Positions 50,628 through 63,338 of a stretch of DNA of 64,000 nt are shown in pieces. The notes below the pieces were generated by a model. The model ran no database searches and was not told the DNA's origin. It saw only the letters and a list, made by a program, of their open reading frames with translations. The translations under genes and the position numbers were made by a program. Positions within the stretch are counted from its first letter, which is position 1. Every line of letters starts with the position of its first letter. This stretch comes from Octopus sinensis (Eukaryota), in assembly GCF_006345805.1 (NCBI RefSeq), contig NC_043000.1:17794001-17858000 (forward strand). The letters are read 5' to 3'.

Positions 50628-51295
50628 TTCCTGTATATTACATATTTTATTGTCCCACATTACATTATTCCATACAAATTTAAATCTAGAACATAAAAGA
50701 ATGGTATCTAAATTTCACAAGACATTTTGTCCTGCACATTACTATTTCTACCATTCCACACCTTCTGAAAACAACAACAATAGTAATAGTAGCAGCAACA
50801 ACTGTGCCACTAGCTATATGAAACCACAAATCTTGTTAATACAAAGCAGGACATATTAAAGATAGTTGAGAGATTGCTGCCCCATAGGGGATTGGTATAT
50901 GATTAGTGAACTATATATCAGTACTATAACCATTGTTCTAAGGTTAGCTGTCATTGTAATAGTACAGATAAACCCCAAATGTTACAGCATTTGTGTACAG
51001 TCAGTAGCAGTAGTAGTAGTAGTGGTAGTAGTAGACTCTAACTAAATCTGTTGGACACTTTCTGTCTCTCTCTGTCTCTCTCTCACTTTCTCCTTTTCTC
51101 ATTAACAGGTTTATGAGTACAGCTACACTAACTCACATGCACATGCTCACACTCATACACACACACATACACACCCATACACACACACACACACATTAAA
51201 CCTGAGCAAAGAATTAATCTAACATGTTTACTTCAAGCCCAATGGAGTTCCCATTTCTGCTTGTGTGTTCATACATATACACATGGATATATATA

Positions 51296-52518
51296 TCAGG
51301 TCATCCCATAAGTTCTGTCCGATTTTACTGTTTTTAAAATTGAATGAAATTTAATAGTATTTTAGAATGTCTAATAGCATTAAAAATTATTTTTATGCAT
51401 TTGTGTGCATTTAAACTAATTGAATATTATTTTACAAAATAATAGAATTAAAATTTCTTTGATTAAAACCCTTTCTAACATGGAAGTATCCTAAAAGCAT
51501 TTCAGGCACATAATGCTTTATGAGTATTAGAAAGGAAACTCTACTGCTGAAGCAACTTGAAACATACACTCAGTTTATGGGAAAGAATGCTTGTGGTGAT
51601 TTCAGCCTTGAAGATGAAGATCGAACAGGGCGTCCAGTTGAGTTTGATGATAAGCTCCTTGAGGCATTACTTGAAGAAAATCCTGCATTATCAGTTGAAG
51701 CATTGACAATAAAGCTTAGTTCAAACCATACAACTGTTCTTCGTCATCTTAAACAGCTTGGTTCCTAAACTTGAAAATGGGTGCCTCATGAATTGTCTGA
51801 AAGCAACCACAAATCCCAAGTTGACATCTGCTCTTCTCTCCATTTCACCCTTTTCAGATAGACTTTTGACTGGTGATGAAAAATGGATCTTCTATCAAAA
51901 TGTTAAACATCATAAACAGTGGCTTGGTAAAAGGGAAAAAGCTCAACTATAACCATGAAGGGAACTTCATGGGAAAAAAGGTTCTTCTCTCTATCTGGTG
52001 GGATTGCAAAGGAGTAATTCACTTTGAATTGTTACCACCTAATGCAACAATCAATGCTCAAGCCTACTGTCAGCAATTAGAGCATTTGAACCAAGCTTTG
52101 AAGAAAAAAAGACCCGCTTTAGTGAATCTAAAAGGAGTGATGTTTTATCAGAGCAGTGCGCACCCCCACACTGCAAAGATCACATCACAGAAGATCGAAG
52201 AGCTTGGTTGGGAAAAAATTCCTCATCCAACTTATTCTCCCAACCTTGCTCCTTCAGGCTACCATTTATTTCGTAGTTTACAGAATCATTTGGAGGACAT
52301 AACTTTCGCAAGCCAGGAGAGATTGAAACTGACATTTCAGAGTTCTTTGCTTTGAAACCAAAAGAGTTTTACATTGATAGGATTAAAATGCTTGTAAATA
52401 GATGGAAGGAAGTCCTGGATAATGAGGGAAAGTACATTGATGATTAAATTTCAATTAAATATAGCATTTGATCACTTGTTTTCTTTATTCAAAATTCGGA
52501 CAGAACTTATGGGATGAC

Positions 52519-52522
<4 letters not shown>
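51296..52522 (+). mobile_element. Mariner (DD34D) transposon, near full length, defective
   Basis: TA TSDs; TIR TCAGGTCATCCCATAAGTTCTGTCCGA; WVPHEL, TGDEKW and YSPNLAPSGYHLF motifs; second and third catalytic D replaced (S, G) with 34-residue spacing. Confidence 0.95.
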
Positions 52523-52559
<37 letters not shown>

Positions 52560-52619
52560 TCACACACACTGAAATGCCCATAAATATTTTTACATACATA
52601 TATGTATGTGTGTATTAAC

Positions 52620-55560
52620 AGGATGACTCAGTTATGTATTACTTTGTTTCATGAACATAAATTTGAATGAGTCCTCTTTTCTTTGCATTTTCACATAAGG
52701 TCAATGTTATTTCCTGTCCACTCTCTACCTTGATGACTTAGTTGTGCAATATCATCAGCGGAATCCAAATCTCCCAGCCTCCCTTCTCCTCACTCTGTTC
52801 CATATGCCGAGTTGCTCATAATCTTTATAATGAAGTTATTACAAATAGGCTGGAGAAAAATGAAAACAATACACTTTCCCAACTACATGCTCCTGGGTTC
52901 ACTTCCACTGCATGGCACCTTAGGCAAGTGTCTTTTACTATAGAACTGAGCCAACTAAAGCCTTGTGAGTGGATTTTGTGGAAAGAGACTAAAAACCAGT
53001 TGTGTGTGTGTGTGTATCTATGTGTGTTTTTGTTTTTATGTTTGTCTCTCACCATTACTTTGAGACAACCAGTGTTGGTTTGTTTATGTCACCACAACTT
53101 AGCAGTTTGGCAAAAATGAAACTGATAAAATAAGTACCAGTTTTAAAAGTAAGTACTGGGGTCGATTTGCTCGACTACACCCTTTAAGGCTGTGCACCAG
53201 CAGAGCTGCAGCCCAACATCTGAATCAATTATTAAAAGGAAAAGTCTTGGTGAACACTGACATAGTGTCAAATAACTCTAGATTCTCATCTTGTTCTGAT
53301 ACAATGAAAAGAATGTTAATAGAAGGATGTGAAGTTGTTGATAAATTTTTCATGGATGCTGTTGATTTGTACAATCTCTTACTGTAATCCATGATGAATT
53401 CTGCTAAAGGTCATCTTGAAGTTTGTGGGTCAATGCAACTGATAACTAGAGGTATATGAAATTCACCATACTGTTCTATACAGTTGAAAATTTGTTCTGT
53501 ACTTGTTAGGAAAGTCAGCCTACTGTTTATGGAGGTTGTGGGTTAGTTTTTGTCTTAGTCTATTGAGGACTGATGTACTAAACATTTTTCCTTGAAATCA
53601 AAAGCAATATGATACCTCATTAAATGTTACAAGCTCTGAGGAGGTATCATTTCTTTAGTACAGTCAGAATAACTTCTCGTCTCCCCATCATCTGGGCACT
53701 GTTCTGTATAGCATATCATTTTGAAAAGATAGACAAGTTCCTGTGCAAAATTTCCTGCCCATGTTTCAACATTTCAGCTGGGATATGATCATGTCCAACT
53801 GCCTTGTTATTCCTTTTGTGTAGTGGTTCTGAACAACAAGGGTTCATATGACCTTTGGGGGTCCACATAAGATTTTGTTGTTCAAGTTTATGCCCAATAA
53901 ATTGGATACACTTCTGCAATACACAAAATATTTTGACAAATTTAATACAAAATCTGATGATATTTAATTATAAAAATATAATAGGTTTTCTTAAATGTCA
54001 AATGGTTATTAGGGTCCATCCAAGTAAAGCAGGAATCAAGGGGGATCCATAGGTGAAAAATGATTGAGAGCCACTACTTTAGTATTTAATGACTGTAAGG
54101 ACTTGTTCTGTTGTGTCTTTCAGTGAGACATTCAATTGAGTGACATCCATTTCTTGTTCAAAATTAAAAGGACTGGGTGGTGGAGGCCAGTGGTAACAGC
54201 AGCAACTGTGGTGGTGGTGACAGTGGCAGTGGTGGTGACTGATTGATTACTTCCCTTAAAAGTCTCTAGGTTTGAGCTTCACCAATCATTAGGATGCAGT
54301 CATCTTTGCTCCTGATTGGTAATACTTTTCCTATCGATAGATATTTTTGTCTGTCTTATAACAGTGTTATTTTTAGCCACATATCTGCTGCTCTCTGTGC
54401 TTTAGCTCACCGCTGACCCCTCTTGTCTCTCCTGCAACTTCAATTCATCTTTTATCCAGAAGTATGTCGTTTTAATCTTCAACTCTCCACTCTTCCAAGA
54501 TTCTGGTTGGGTCCCCTTTTATGTTGATTTTTGTATCTTTCCTCTCAATCTGTCATATTCCATGATTCTACTGATATCTGTTGCCCCCTCTCTGCTGTGT
54601 CTTTTCCTGCCAATTATTTGTTGTGCAACTAACTAGCACTGAAGGTCTGAATAAATCCTTTTCTCTGCTCTTCAGTATTTCTTTTCTTGCTCTTGTATTT
54701 AAAACCTGCAGCTAATTTCTTTCCTTCACATGAAACCTTTCTGCTACAACTGGTTCTTTCAGGTTCTCAGTTGCATATCATCTGCTGATTTGACCCTTTT
54801 GTTCTCTTTAAGCATCAACTGAACTTTTTCTATAACAAGTTACAGAAGTTAATTGATTCCATTTCTGGTACTGGTATTTGAAGATGTCCTGATTATCTTA
54901 TGGATGTTTTTATGTCTGAAAAAATTATTCCCATTGTTTGAGTTATAGAGACTATTTAGTAGCAGTAGCCGCTCTCCATTTCCATTGATCATTTCTGTAG
55001 ACCTTTGTGGGTAAGATGTAAGATTCTACTTCACTTCTCTTTTCCTCCTGTTTAGCACACAAATCTCCAGTTAATAACTTGATATCTTAACTCATTACAT
55101 TCTCTATGACTATTTGCAACTGATTATAAAAACAAAACAACAACAAAAAAACATCAGTATCAGTTCCAGTTAGTGCATAGATTTGTATTGAATTGACTTT
55201 ACAATCTAGCTATTATAATTTGATCACTGACTGGTTTCCATTCTACCAATGCTTATGTTACTTCTTTAGTTTATACAATACCAACTCCATCGACATGATA
55301 ATCTTCTTGTCAGCTATTTTTATCCTGTCCATCATACTTTACTAATTCCCAAAGATATTTGGACAGTACTGTTTCATTTCTTTCGGAACGTAGTTATCTT
55401 TACTACATAGGATAGACTGTATGCATACCGCATCCTAATTTTTGTAATGTATTTAGCATTGATGATCCTACCTATTAGGCATTGGACTTCCTTTGGGATC
55501 TGGCTCAATTCCAACTCACAGCTACCATCTCTCTTTTATTCTTGCTTTCTAGAATTTTAA
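52620..55560 (-). pseudogene. Long, highly decayed RTE-clade LINE (APE plus RT) with nested insertions
   Basis: APE: GVGIV...ALVEWKPVSDQIIIARL, TGDLCAK, NGERLL; RT: NNKAVGHDHIPAEMLKHG, VLNRLRQKL, LGDLDSADDIAQL; interrupted by SINE A (about 52890-53200) and a hAT MITE. Confidence 0.8.
53821..54076. mobile_element. hAT MITE (family of 23901-24240), older copy
   Basis: TAGTGGTTCT...AGAGCCACTA; degraded TSD CTTTTGTG / CTTTAGTA. Confidence 0.7.
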
Positions 55561-55628
55561 TTCTCAAAATTTCTTTGAGTTTTATTTTGTTACAGTATTC
55601 TGTTGCTGGCCCAACACCCAACCATTAA

Positions 55629-55845
55629 CCCTTTTGTTACCATACTTATTTTGAGATGCTCTGTGTTACTTTCATTTTAAATATAACGAAGAATTTAGTA
55701 AAATAACTTAGTTATCATTAAGCTAGTGTTAGGAACATAAATTGTGACTAAGATTTGGTGGAAGATTTTAATTCAAAACTTATGAAAACAAGACATTTGT
55801 ACTACAGAGCCAGAGGTGGTTTCAGCTGGGTTGGTAATGAAAGGG
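55629..55845. mobile_element. piggyBac-type MITE, 217 bp
   Basis: TTAA|CCCTTTTGTTACC...GGTAATGAAAGGG|TTAA; related fragment at about 17840-17930. Confidence 0.88.
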
Positions 55846-56921
55846 TTAAGCATTATCATTTTACTCTTGAATAAGTACTAATTACTGGACTTCAGAACAT
55901 GTTTGTGCTGGTGGGCCATACATGTCACAGTTGAAGGGTCATATCTCCTTAAATGCATGACTCACCAAATGTTAAGGGGAAGGTTACTACACCTTTTAGG
56001 CTTTGATTTAAAAACCTTACCTACAAAGTAATGAATAACCAATTTTAGATTACCAGACATTTGCTTTTCATCAAGACCCCATCAGTATGGCTGCTCCTAC
56101 CATCTGCACTAAATGTAGCATATAGAAAAGCGAGGTTGGCTTATCTGGGAGAACTTATATTGCTGTAGGGCATTGTTCACTTAATACAACCCACATAGAC
56201 CATATGAGATATATACAAATATGTTTGAAGTAACAGTCTTTCATTTCAATAGCGTTAATTAGTATTAATTATGTATACATGGCTAGCTAAATTTTTCTTT
56301 GATATCTTATTAATGCTGTGTGCATACATAAACACAGACACATATATATTTAAGTATATATGTCTATGCATTCTCATATGTGTGGATGTGTGTGTATATA
56401 TGTGTCAAGTCACTTGTGAGGTCTCTCATGAGGACTACTGGTAACATGGAATCCAGTAGAGCTTGTTGCATGGACGGGTTGTTGGCAAGTAAACCAGCAT
56501 CCCCACTAGGCTAGCCTGGAGAAGAGGGTGGCTAGAAACCCAGCGGGACTAAAAACAAGACCTGTCAAAAGGACAAATGAACCGGTAGGCACTCAGAAAT
56601 TCTGGGTTGGCATCCAGTATGCTTGAAGACCACTAGGAGTGAGGTACCCCTCAGCTTTTTTTTAAAGCATGTCCCTAGGAGAAAGTCACTCTGATATAAA
56701 AAAAAACTGGATGTGCATGGTATGACATGGACATTTTGGGTACTTTTTGTTTGTGCTTAAAATCATGGCACACCCACATATCCCTAGTGTGCAACCCATA
56801 TTGGCACTAGATATCTTGCTTCAGTTTTTCTCAGGATCATGTCAGTAGGGCGAAGAGGGTCTGTGAGGTGTGCAAGTCTTATTTACACAAGCATTGCTTT
56901 GTCAGTGATGGTAATACACAT

Positions 56922-57156
56922 TGAAGGCGGTGAGCTGGCAGAAACGTTAGCACGCCGGGCGAAATGCTTAGTGGTACTTCGTCTGACGTTACGTTCTGAG
57001 TTCAAATTCTGCCGAGGTCGACTTTGCCTTTCATCCTTTCGGGGTCGATTAAATAAGTACCAGTGACGCACTGGGGTCGATATAATCGACTTAATCCGTT
57101 TGTCTGTCCTTGTTTGTCCTCTCTGTGTTTAGCCCCTTGTGGGTAGTAAAGAAATA
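56922..57156 (+). mobile_element. SINE family C
   Basis: 12-bp TSD GGTAATACACAT at 56910-56921 and 57157-57168. Confidence 0.92.
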
Positions 57157-57194
57157 GGTAATACACATCTACAAGCTGACTTACATGTGTGCAT

Positions 57195-57578
57195 GGAGGC
57201 ACAATGGCCCAGCGGTTAGGGCAGCGGACTCGCGGTCGTAGGATCGCGGTTTCGATTCCCAGACCGGGCATTGTGAGTGTTTATTGAGCGAAAACACCTA
57301 AAGCTTCACAAGGCTCCTGCAGGGGGTGGTGGTGAACCCTGCTGTACTCTTTCACCACAACTTTCTCTCACTCTTACTTCCTGTTTCTGTTGTATCTGTA
57401 TTTCAAAGGGCCAGCCTTGTCACACTCTGTGTCACGCTGAATCTCCTCGAGAACTACATTAAGGGTACACTTGTCTGTGGAATGCTCAGCCACTTGCACA
57501 TTAATTCCATGAGCAAGCTGTTCCGTTGATCGTATCAGCTGGGACCCTCATCGTCGTAACCGACGGAGTGCTCCTATA
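57195..57578 (+). mobile_element. SINE family B
   Basis: TSD TACATGTGTGCAT(G) at 57182-57195 and 57579-57592. Confidence 0.92.
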
Positions 57579-57663
57579 TACATGTGTGCATGCTTGTGGT
57601 GTGTGTGTGTGTGTGCCTGCCTGTGTGTATATGTACAGACACACACGCACATATATATTTGAC

Positions 57664-57787
57664 AAAAATGAATAGGAATGGCTTTTCTGATAATTTTTCC
57701 ACTTCAATAATTGGATGTTTATGAATCATAAACATGTAATTATTGAAGTGGAAAAATTATCAAAAAAAGCCATTCCTATTAATTTTT
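57664..57787. repeat. 124-bp AT-rich near-perfect palindrome
   Basis: Arms 57664-57724 and 57726-57787 with a one-base centre, a few mismatches and one indel. Confidence 0.92.
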
Positions 57788-57951
57788 TCACGCTATCCCA
57801 CAACAAATTTGGTGTATAAACAAACCACATACATGATATATGTGTGACTAATAGTGTCTACATTACTAGAGCTGCTCTTAATTCATAATTTAATATAATA
57901 TGATGTAATATGATATAACAATGTAATATAGTATTATATAATATAATGTGT

Positions 57952-58254
57952 GGAGGTGCAATGGCCTAGTGGTTAGGGCAGCGGACTCGCGGCCGCAGGA
58001 TCGCGGTTTCGATTCCCAGACCGGGCGTTGTGAGTGTTTATTGAGCGAAAACACCTAAAAGCTCCACGAGGCTCCGGCAGGGGGTGGTGATCCCTGCTGT
58101 ACTCTTTCACCACTCTTTCTCCCACTCTTTCTTCTGTTGGCCTGCTCGCTTAGCCAGCAGGGTGGCGTCATTCGAAGGCTAAAACAATGCGAACACATTG
58201 TGACCAGTGATGTGTAACTACATCTGATGGTCTGGTCGGTCACGTGGTCACGTG
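57952..58254 (+). mobile_element. Chimeric SINE: family B head joined to a different (H) tail
   Basis: B-like to about 58139, then GGCCTGCTCGCTTAGCCAGC...GGTCACGTG; 14-bp TSD ATAATATAATGTGT at 57938-57951 and 58255-58268. Confidence 0.88.
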
Positions 58255-59401
58255 ATAATATAATGTGTATGTGTGTGAAGGTGCGTGGCCTTCATTTGAT
58301 CATGGGTTCAATTCCTGGACTGGGTGCATGATGTGTTTTTGAGCAAAACACTTCATTTCATGTTGCTCCAACCCCCCTTTTGATCAGTGGGGAATGTCAG
58401 CCTGCTCACGTAGCTGGCAGGGTGGTGTCATTTGAAAGCTGAAACAATGCAAAAGTGCATTGTGACTAGCAATGTGTAACAACATCTGATAGCCTGGTTG
58501 GTCACATGATCATGTAATAAATGGCCATGTGGTTAAGAAGTTTGCTTTCAAGCCACATGATTTTGATTCCAGTCATGCTGCAAGACACCTTCTACTACAA
58601 CCCTGGGCTGACCACCTCCTTGTGTGTAGATTTACTTGAAAGAATCAAAAAAGCCTGTCATGTTTATATAGATTTATATACACATAAGCATACACTTATA
58701 TATATTTTATTGTGTTGTAACATTCTGCTTTTGTTATTGAGCACTATATTACTTGATTGCTTAATTATGAAGGCACTGGCATAGCTGCAAGCTAAGATGC
58801 TTGCTTCCCAACCACATAGTTCTGGGTTCAGTTCCACTGCGTGGCATCTTGGGCAAGTTTTTCTACTATAGTCTTAGGCTGCCCAAAACCTTTTGAGTGG
58901 ATTTGGTAGATAGAAACTGAAAGAAGCCCATCATATATATACATATATAAAAGTATATATAGGCATATAAGTACGTATATATCATAAACAATACACACAC
59001 ACACACACACATATGTGACCGTGTAATTTAGACACATTCAATTTGTTTTTCTGTTTGTTTTTCTCCCTCTTCTCATCTGTTCTTTCTGCAGAGGGGCAAA
59101 TGCTCAAAACATTATAAACAGTCTTCCAATTTTCCTGATTGTCAACCTAACACTCCCTGTTTGTTTAGTTTTTCTTTTCCCTGTCCTGTTGTTTTTTTTT
59201 ATATACTTTTGTACCATATGTAGGTTAGTAGGTCAGCTTATGTCTAATTGGGGTTTAATTGTTGTTGACATTATTTGATTATTATTTAAAAAATTTGACT
59301 TGTGTTTGAGGCAAAGGTTATGGTCTATATTACTATAAATATCTGAAGGGGAATTCTATTCAGTTTCAAGTGTGATTCTTTGTAAAAATATATATATTTT
59401 G

Positions 59402-59560
59402 AAGTGGCTGTGTGGTAAGTAGCTTGTTTACCAACCATATAGTTCCGGGTTTAGTCCCACTGCGTGGCACCTTGGGCAAGTGTCTTCTACTATAGCCTCA
59501 AGCCAATGAAAGCCTTGTGAGTAGATTCGGTATATGGAAACTGGAAGAAGCCCGTCATAT

Positions 59561-59593
<33 letters not shown>

Positions 59594-59812
59594 GCATGTG
59601 TGTGTCTGTGTTTGTCCACCTAGCATTGCTTGACAACCGATGCTGGTGTGTTTATGTCCCCATCACTTAGCGGTTTGGCAAACGAGACCGATAGAATAAG
59701 TACTGGGCTTACAAAGAATAAGTCCCAGGGTTGAGTTGCTCGATTAAAGGCGGTGCTCCAGCATGGCCGCAGTCAAATGACTGAAACAAGTAAAAGAGTA
59801 AAGAGTAAAAGA
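59402..59812 (+). mobile_element. SINE family A, full length
   Basis: Matches consensus; a neighbouring copy lies at about 59943-60380. Confidence 0.88.
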
Positions 59813-60114
59813 GATATTATTTTAGACCTATGCATATAAGCAAATGTGGGCCATCATAAAAATGCATGCATATACATACATACATATATGTATATATATA
59901 TACATACAAATAAATGTGCATAGGCATGCCTGTGTGGTGGAGGTGCAGGCGTGGCTGTGTGGTAAGAAGCTTACTTCCCAACCATATGCTTCCTGGTTCA
60001 ATCCCACAGTGTAGCACTTTCGGCAAATGTCTTCTACTATAGCCTCAAGCCAATGAAAGCCTTGTGAGTAGATTCGGTATATGGAAACTGGAAGAAGCCC
60101 GTCATATATATATA

Positions 60115-60168
<54 letters not shown>

Positions 60169-60802
60169 GTATGTATATGTATATATCTGTGTGTGTGTCT
60201 TTGTGTCAGTGTTTGCCACCCCCTGATCATCGCTTGACAACTGATGCAGTTCGGCAAAAAAGACTGATAGAATAAGTCCTGGGTTTACAAAGAATAAGTC
60301 CTGTGGTCAATTTGTTTGACTAAAGGTGGTGCTCCAGCATAGCCACAGTCAAATGAAGGAAACAAGTAAATGAATAAAAGAATATATGCACATATGAAAA
60401 TATACATATATGTATATATTTGTGTGTGTATGTGTGTGCATGCATGTGTGTATGTATATATGTAGGCAAAATTGTTACCAATTCTAATATGCTTGGGGCA
60501 TATTCAAATCCATCTTTTATTTATACAAAACTGTTGAATAGTGCATCCAGTCATTGGATGATGATGGGAATATTGTAGACAGGACTCGGTCACTTATGTC
60601 ATTCCAGTGTCTACCAAATGTGTTGAGTACCATTTCTTTCATTTGTCCACTTGTCTTATAGGTGTGTGTGTGTGTGTATGCATGCATGCGTGTATGTATG
60701 TATGTATATATATATATATTTGTGACCTGACATACATATATATATATATCATCATCATCATCATCATCATTTAGGAAAACGGATGCTAAATAATGATGAT
60801 GA

Positions 60803-60873
<71 letters not shown>

Positions 60874-60884
60874 GTATGTATGTC

Positions 60885-61435
60885 AGGTCACTTTCGAGTG
60901 CTACTGGTAACATGTAACCCAGTACAACCTGTTGCATGGTCAGGTCGTCGGCGACTAAACCAGCAACCCCACCAAGATTGCTTGGTGAGGAGGGTGTTTA
61001 TTGGACACCCTGCGGGATAAAAAACAAAACCGGTCAAAGGACGAAGGAACACTTGAGATTCAACGGCCATTCAATAAATGTCTTAAGGCTGTATCATGTG
61101 CGGGGACATAGAAATAATCGGACTGAATACCCGATTGCGCGGTTAAACCATTGGGAGTGAAGGACTCCTAGCCTTTGTCAGGGCATCCTTCTAGGAGAAG
61201 GTAACTCAGGTAACTGGGATAACTCCGACATAAAACCTGCGGCTCAGTGGTTACCGATGATGTTGACTTGTTCTTCTTTTCGGATTATGGCTGCTGTTGC
61301 TTAGTGAGTGGGATTGATTCAGTGCACAGCTTTTCCTCACTTTAAAAAAACATCTTCTTGCACAGGCATTGCACGATAACAACATTGATTAAGCTTTGTG
61401 CAATGGCCATACGCGATAACGAGGGGGCAGCCACC
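60885..61435 (+). mobile_element. Short non-coding element resembling an RTE 5' UTR joined to an RTE-like 3' end
   Basis: GGGCATCCTTCTAGGAGAAGGTAACTC motif recalled from RTE 5' UTRs; ends GATAACGAGGGGGCAGCCACC; diverged partial copy of its 5' part at about 56402-56660. Confidence 0.55.
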
Positions 61436-62457
61436 ATATATATATATATATATGCTATAGGCATCTTGGGTGAGTGTCTTCTACTATAGCCTCAAGCAGA
61501 CTAAATCCTTTTGAATGGATTTGGTAGACAGAAAAATGCCCATCCTAGCATAGCTACAGTCAAATGTGTATTCTCTGACGAAGGAAATGTGGATTACTCA
61601 AGTTGAAAAGGATCTACCTACACATTTCTTCGCACATTCCCAGAAACGGCCATAACATTCTTTCATATTTATTGGATTCATTTGATGACCTCCCTTTTGG
61701 ATTATTGTGAACTGTCATCTTATCAGCTTGAGACTTTTTGATTTGTCTGTATGCATCTATGCAATTCTTCATCCAACTTTGATTTGGGCATGGAATTACA
61801 CTATTATATGTATAATCAATAATAATAAAGGGTAAAATTAATTAATCAATTTATAATCAATAATCTTACCAAAGTACTTCAGTATGTTAAAAGAACCATT
61901 GGTAAACTTATACAAAAATTTTTATAATTATAAACATAATTATAATTAGGGTTTAGCAAAATTGCTTCAGCACATACCAAAATTTAGAAATAACAGTTAA
62001 ATATTATTCTACTACCATAAGATATCTCCAGACAGCAATATATATATATATATATTTATATAATAAATATAAGAGAGTGGTCACTATATGGCTCACTCTA
62101 GCACTAGTTAATCCAAAAGGTTTCAACCACAAAAAATACATGTTTCCCATGAAAGTCAGTACGATTGTTAGCTCACATATATATGTGTGTGTGTTTTTAT
62201 ATGTTCACATATTTATAATGGCTTATATATATATATATACCCTCAGTGTTTTGATATATGTTGGCTTTGGCGAGGAGTATTATCAACCTTGAAATTTGTC
62301 TCTCTCTAATTAATACTTTGGTATATATATAAATATGCTATAGGCACAGGTATGGCTGTGTTGTAAGGAGTTTGCTTCCCAACCACATGGTTCTGGGTTT
62401 GGTTCCACTGAATAGAACTATGGGCAAGTGGTTTTTACTACAGCCCCGGGCCAACTA

Positions 62458-62747
62458 GTTAAGTTAAGTTAAGTTAATTTTTGGGCTCAAAAAGCAAAAA
62501 GCAAGGCCATGTAGGGAGACATGGAATTATGTACAGGGAGGGTGTTCATGCAAAGAGTTCAGGCCATTTCTGGTCAAGAGAGACTTTGAACCGAGCGGTC
62601 GTCGGCATCTTCACTATCTCGTCCGGCAGCTTATTCCACGGATCCGCAACCCGGACGGAGGAAGCCCCTCTCCTTTGATTGAGATGAAATCGTCGCAGAT
62701 AGAGCTTTTCGGAGTGACCCCGCAGCCAACGCTCTGGAGCAGGAGTG
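62458..62747 (-). pseudogene. CR1-clade LINE 3' fragment inserted in a SINE A
   Basis: Minus translation LRGHSEKLYLRRFHLNQRRGASSVRVADPWNKLPDEIV...FKVSLDQKW*; (TTAAC)n tail. Confidence 0.88.
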
Positions 62748-62968
62748 AAAGCTTGTGAATGGATTTTGTAGCTGGAAACAGAAAGCCCATCATGTGTGTG
62801 TGTGTGTGTGTGAATGGTGATGTAATGTGTATTATATAAGTAACATGATTATGAAGCAGCTTTAAACTAATGGAATAAACGTCTATTGTTTCACTTCACT
62901 TTTCTTATATTTTCAACACACACATATACACATATATTATGACATCAACAATTTAGGTGTGTAAACAC

Positions 62969-63000
<32 letters not shown>

Positions 63001-63304
63001 ATATATATATATATGTATAAGTAATACTAAGTAATTAAGGGTTTAGCAGTAATTGATAATTATTCCAAATTAATTAATTTCACCCTTTATTGTTACTGAT
63101 AACTATATATATGTATATATATATTTATAATTACACATATATATATATACACACACATACATATGTATGTCATCAACAATATGTGTGTGTGTATATATAT
63201 ATGTGTGTGTATTTATAAATATATATATATATATATTTATAAATACACACATATATATATACACACACACACACACATACATATGTATGTCATCAAAAAT
63301 ATGT

Positions 63305-63338
<34 letters not shown>

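Noticed and set aside
51085-51140. Strong-looking splice acceptor (TTTTCTCATTAACAG|G)
   Set aside because: Runs into (CA)n with no donor or recognisable peptide; polypyrimidine tracts are ubiquitous here.
62255-62300. TTGGCGA-GGAG...CCTT-GAAATTTGTC, hammerhead-like spacing
   Set aside because: Core is too degenerate and stems I-III do not pair convincingly.
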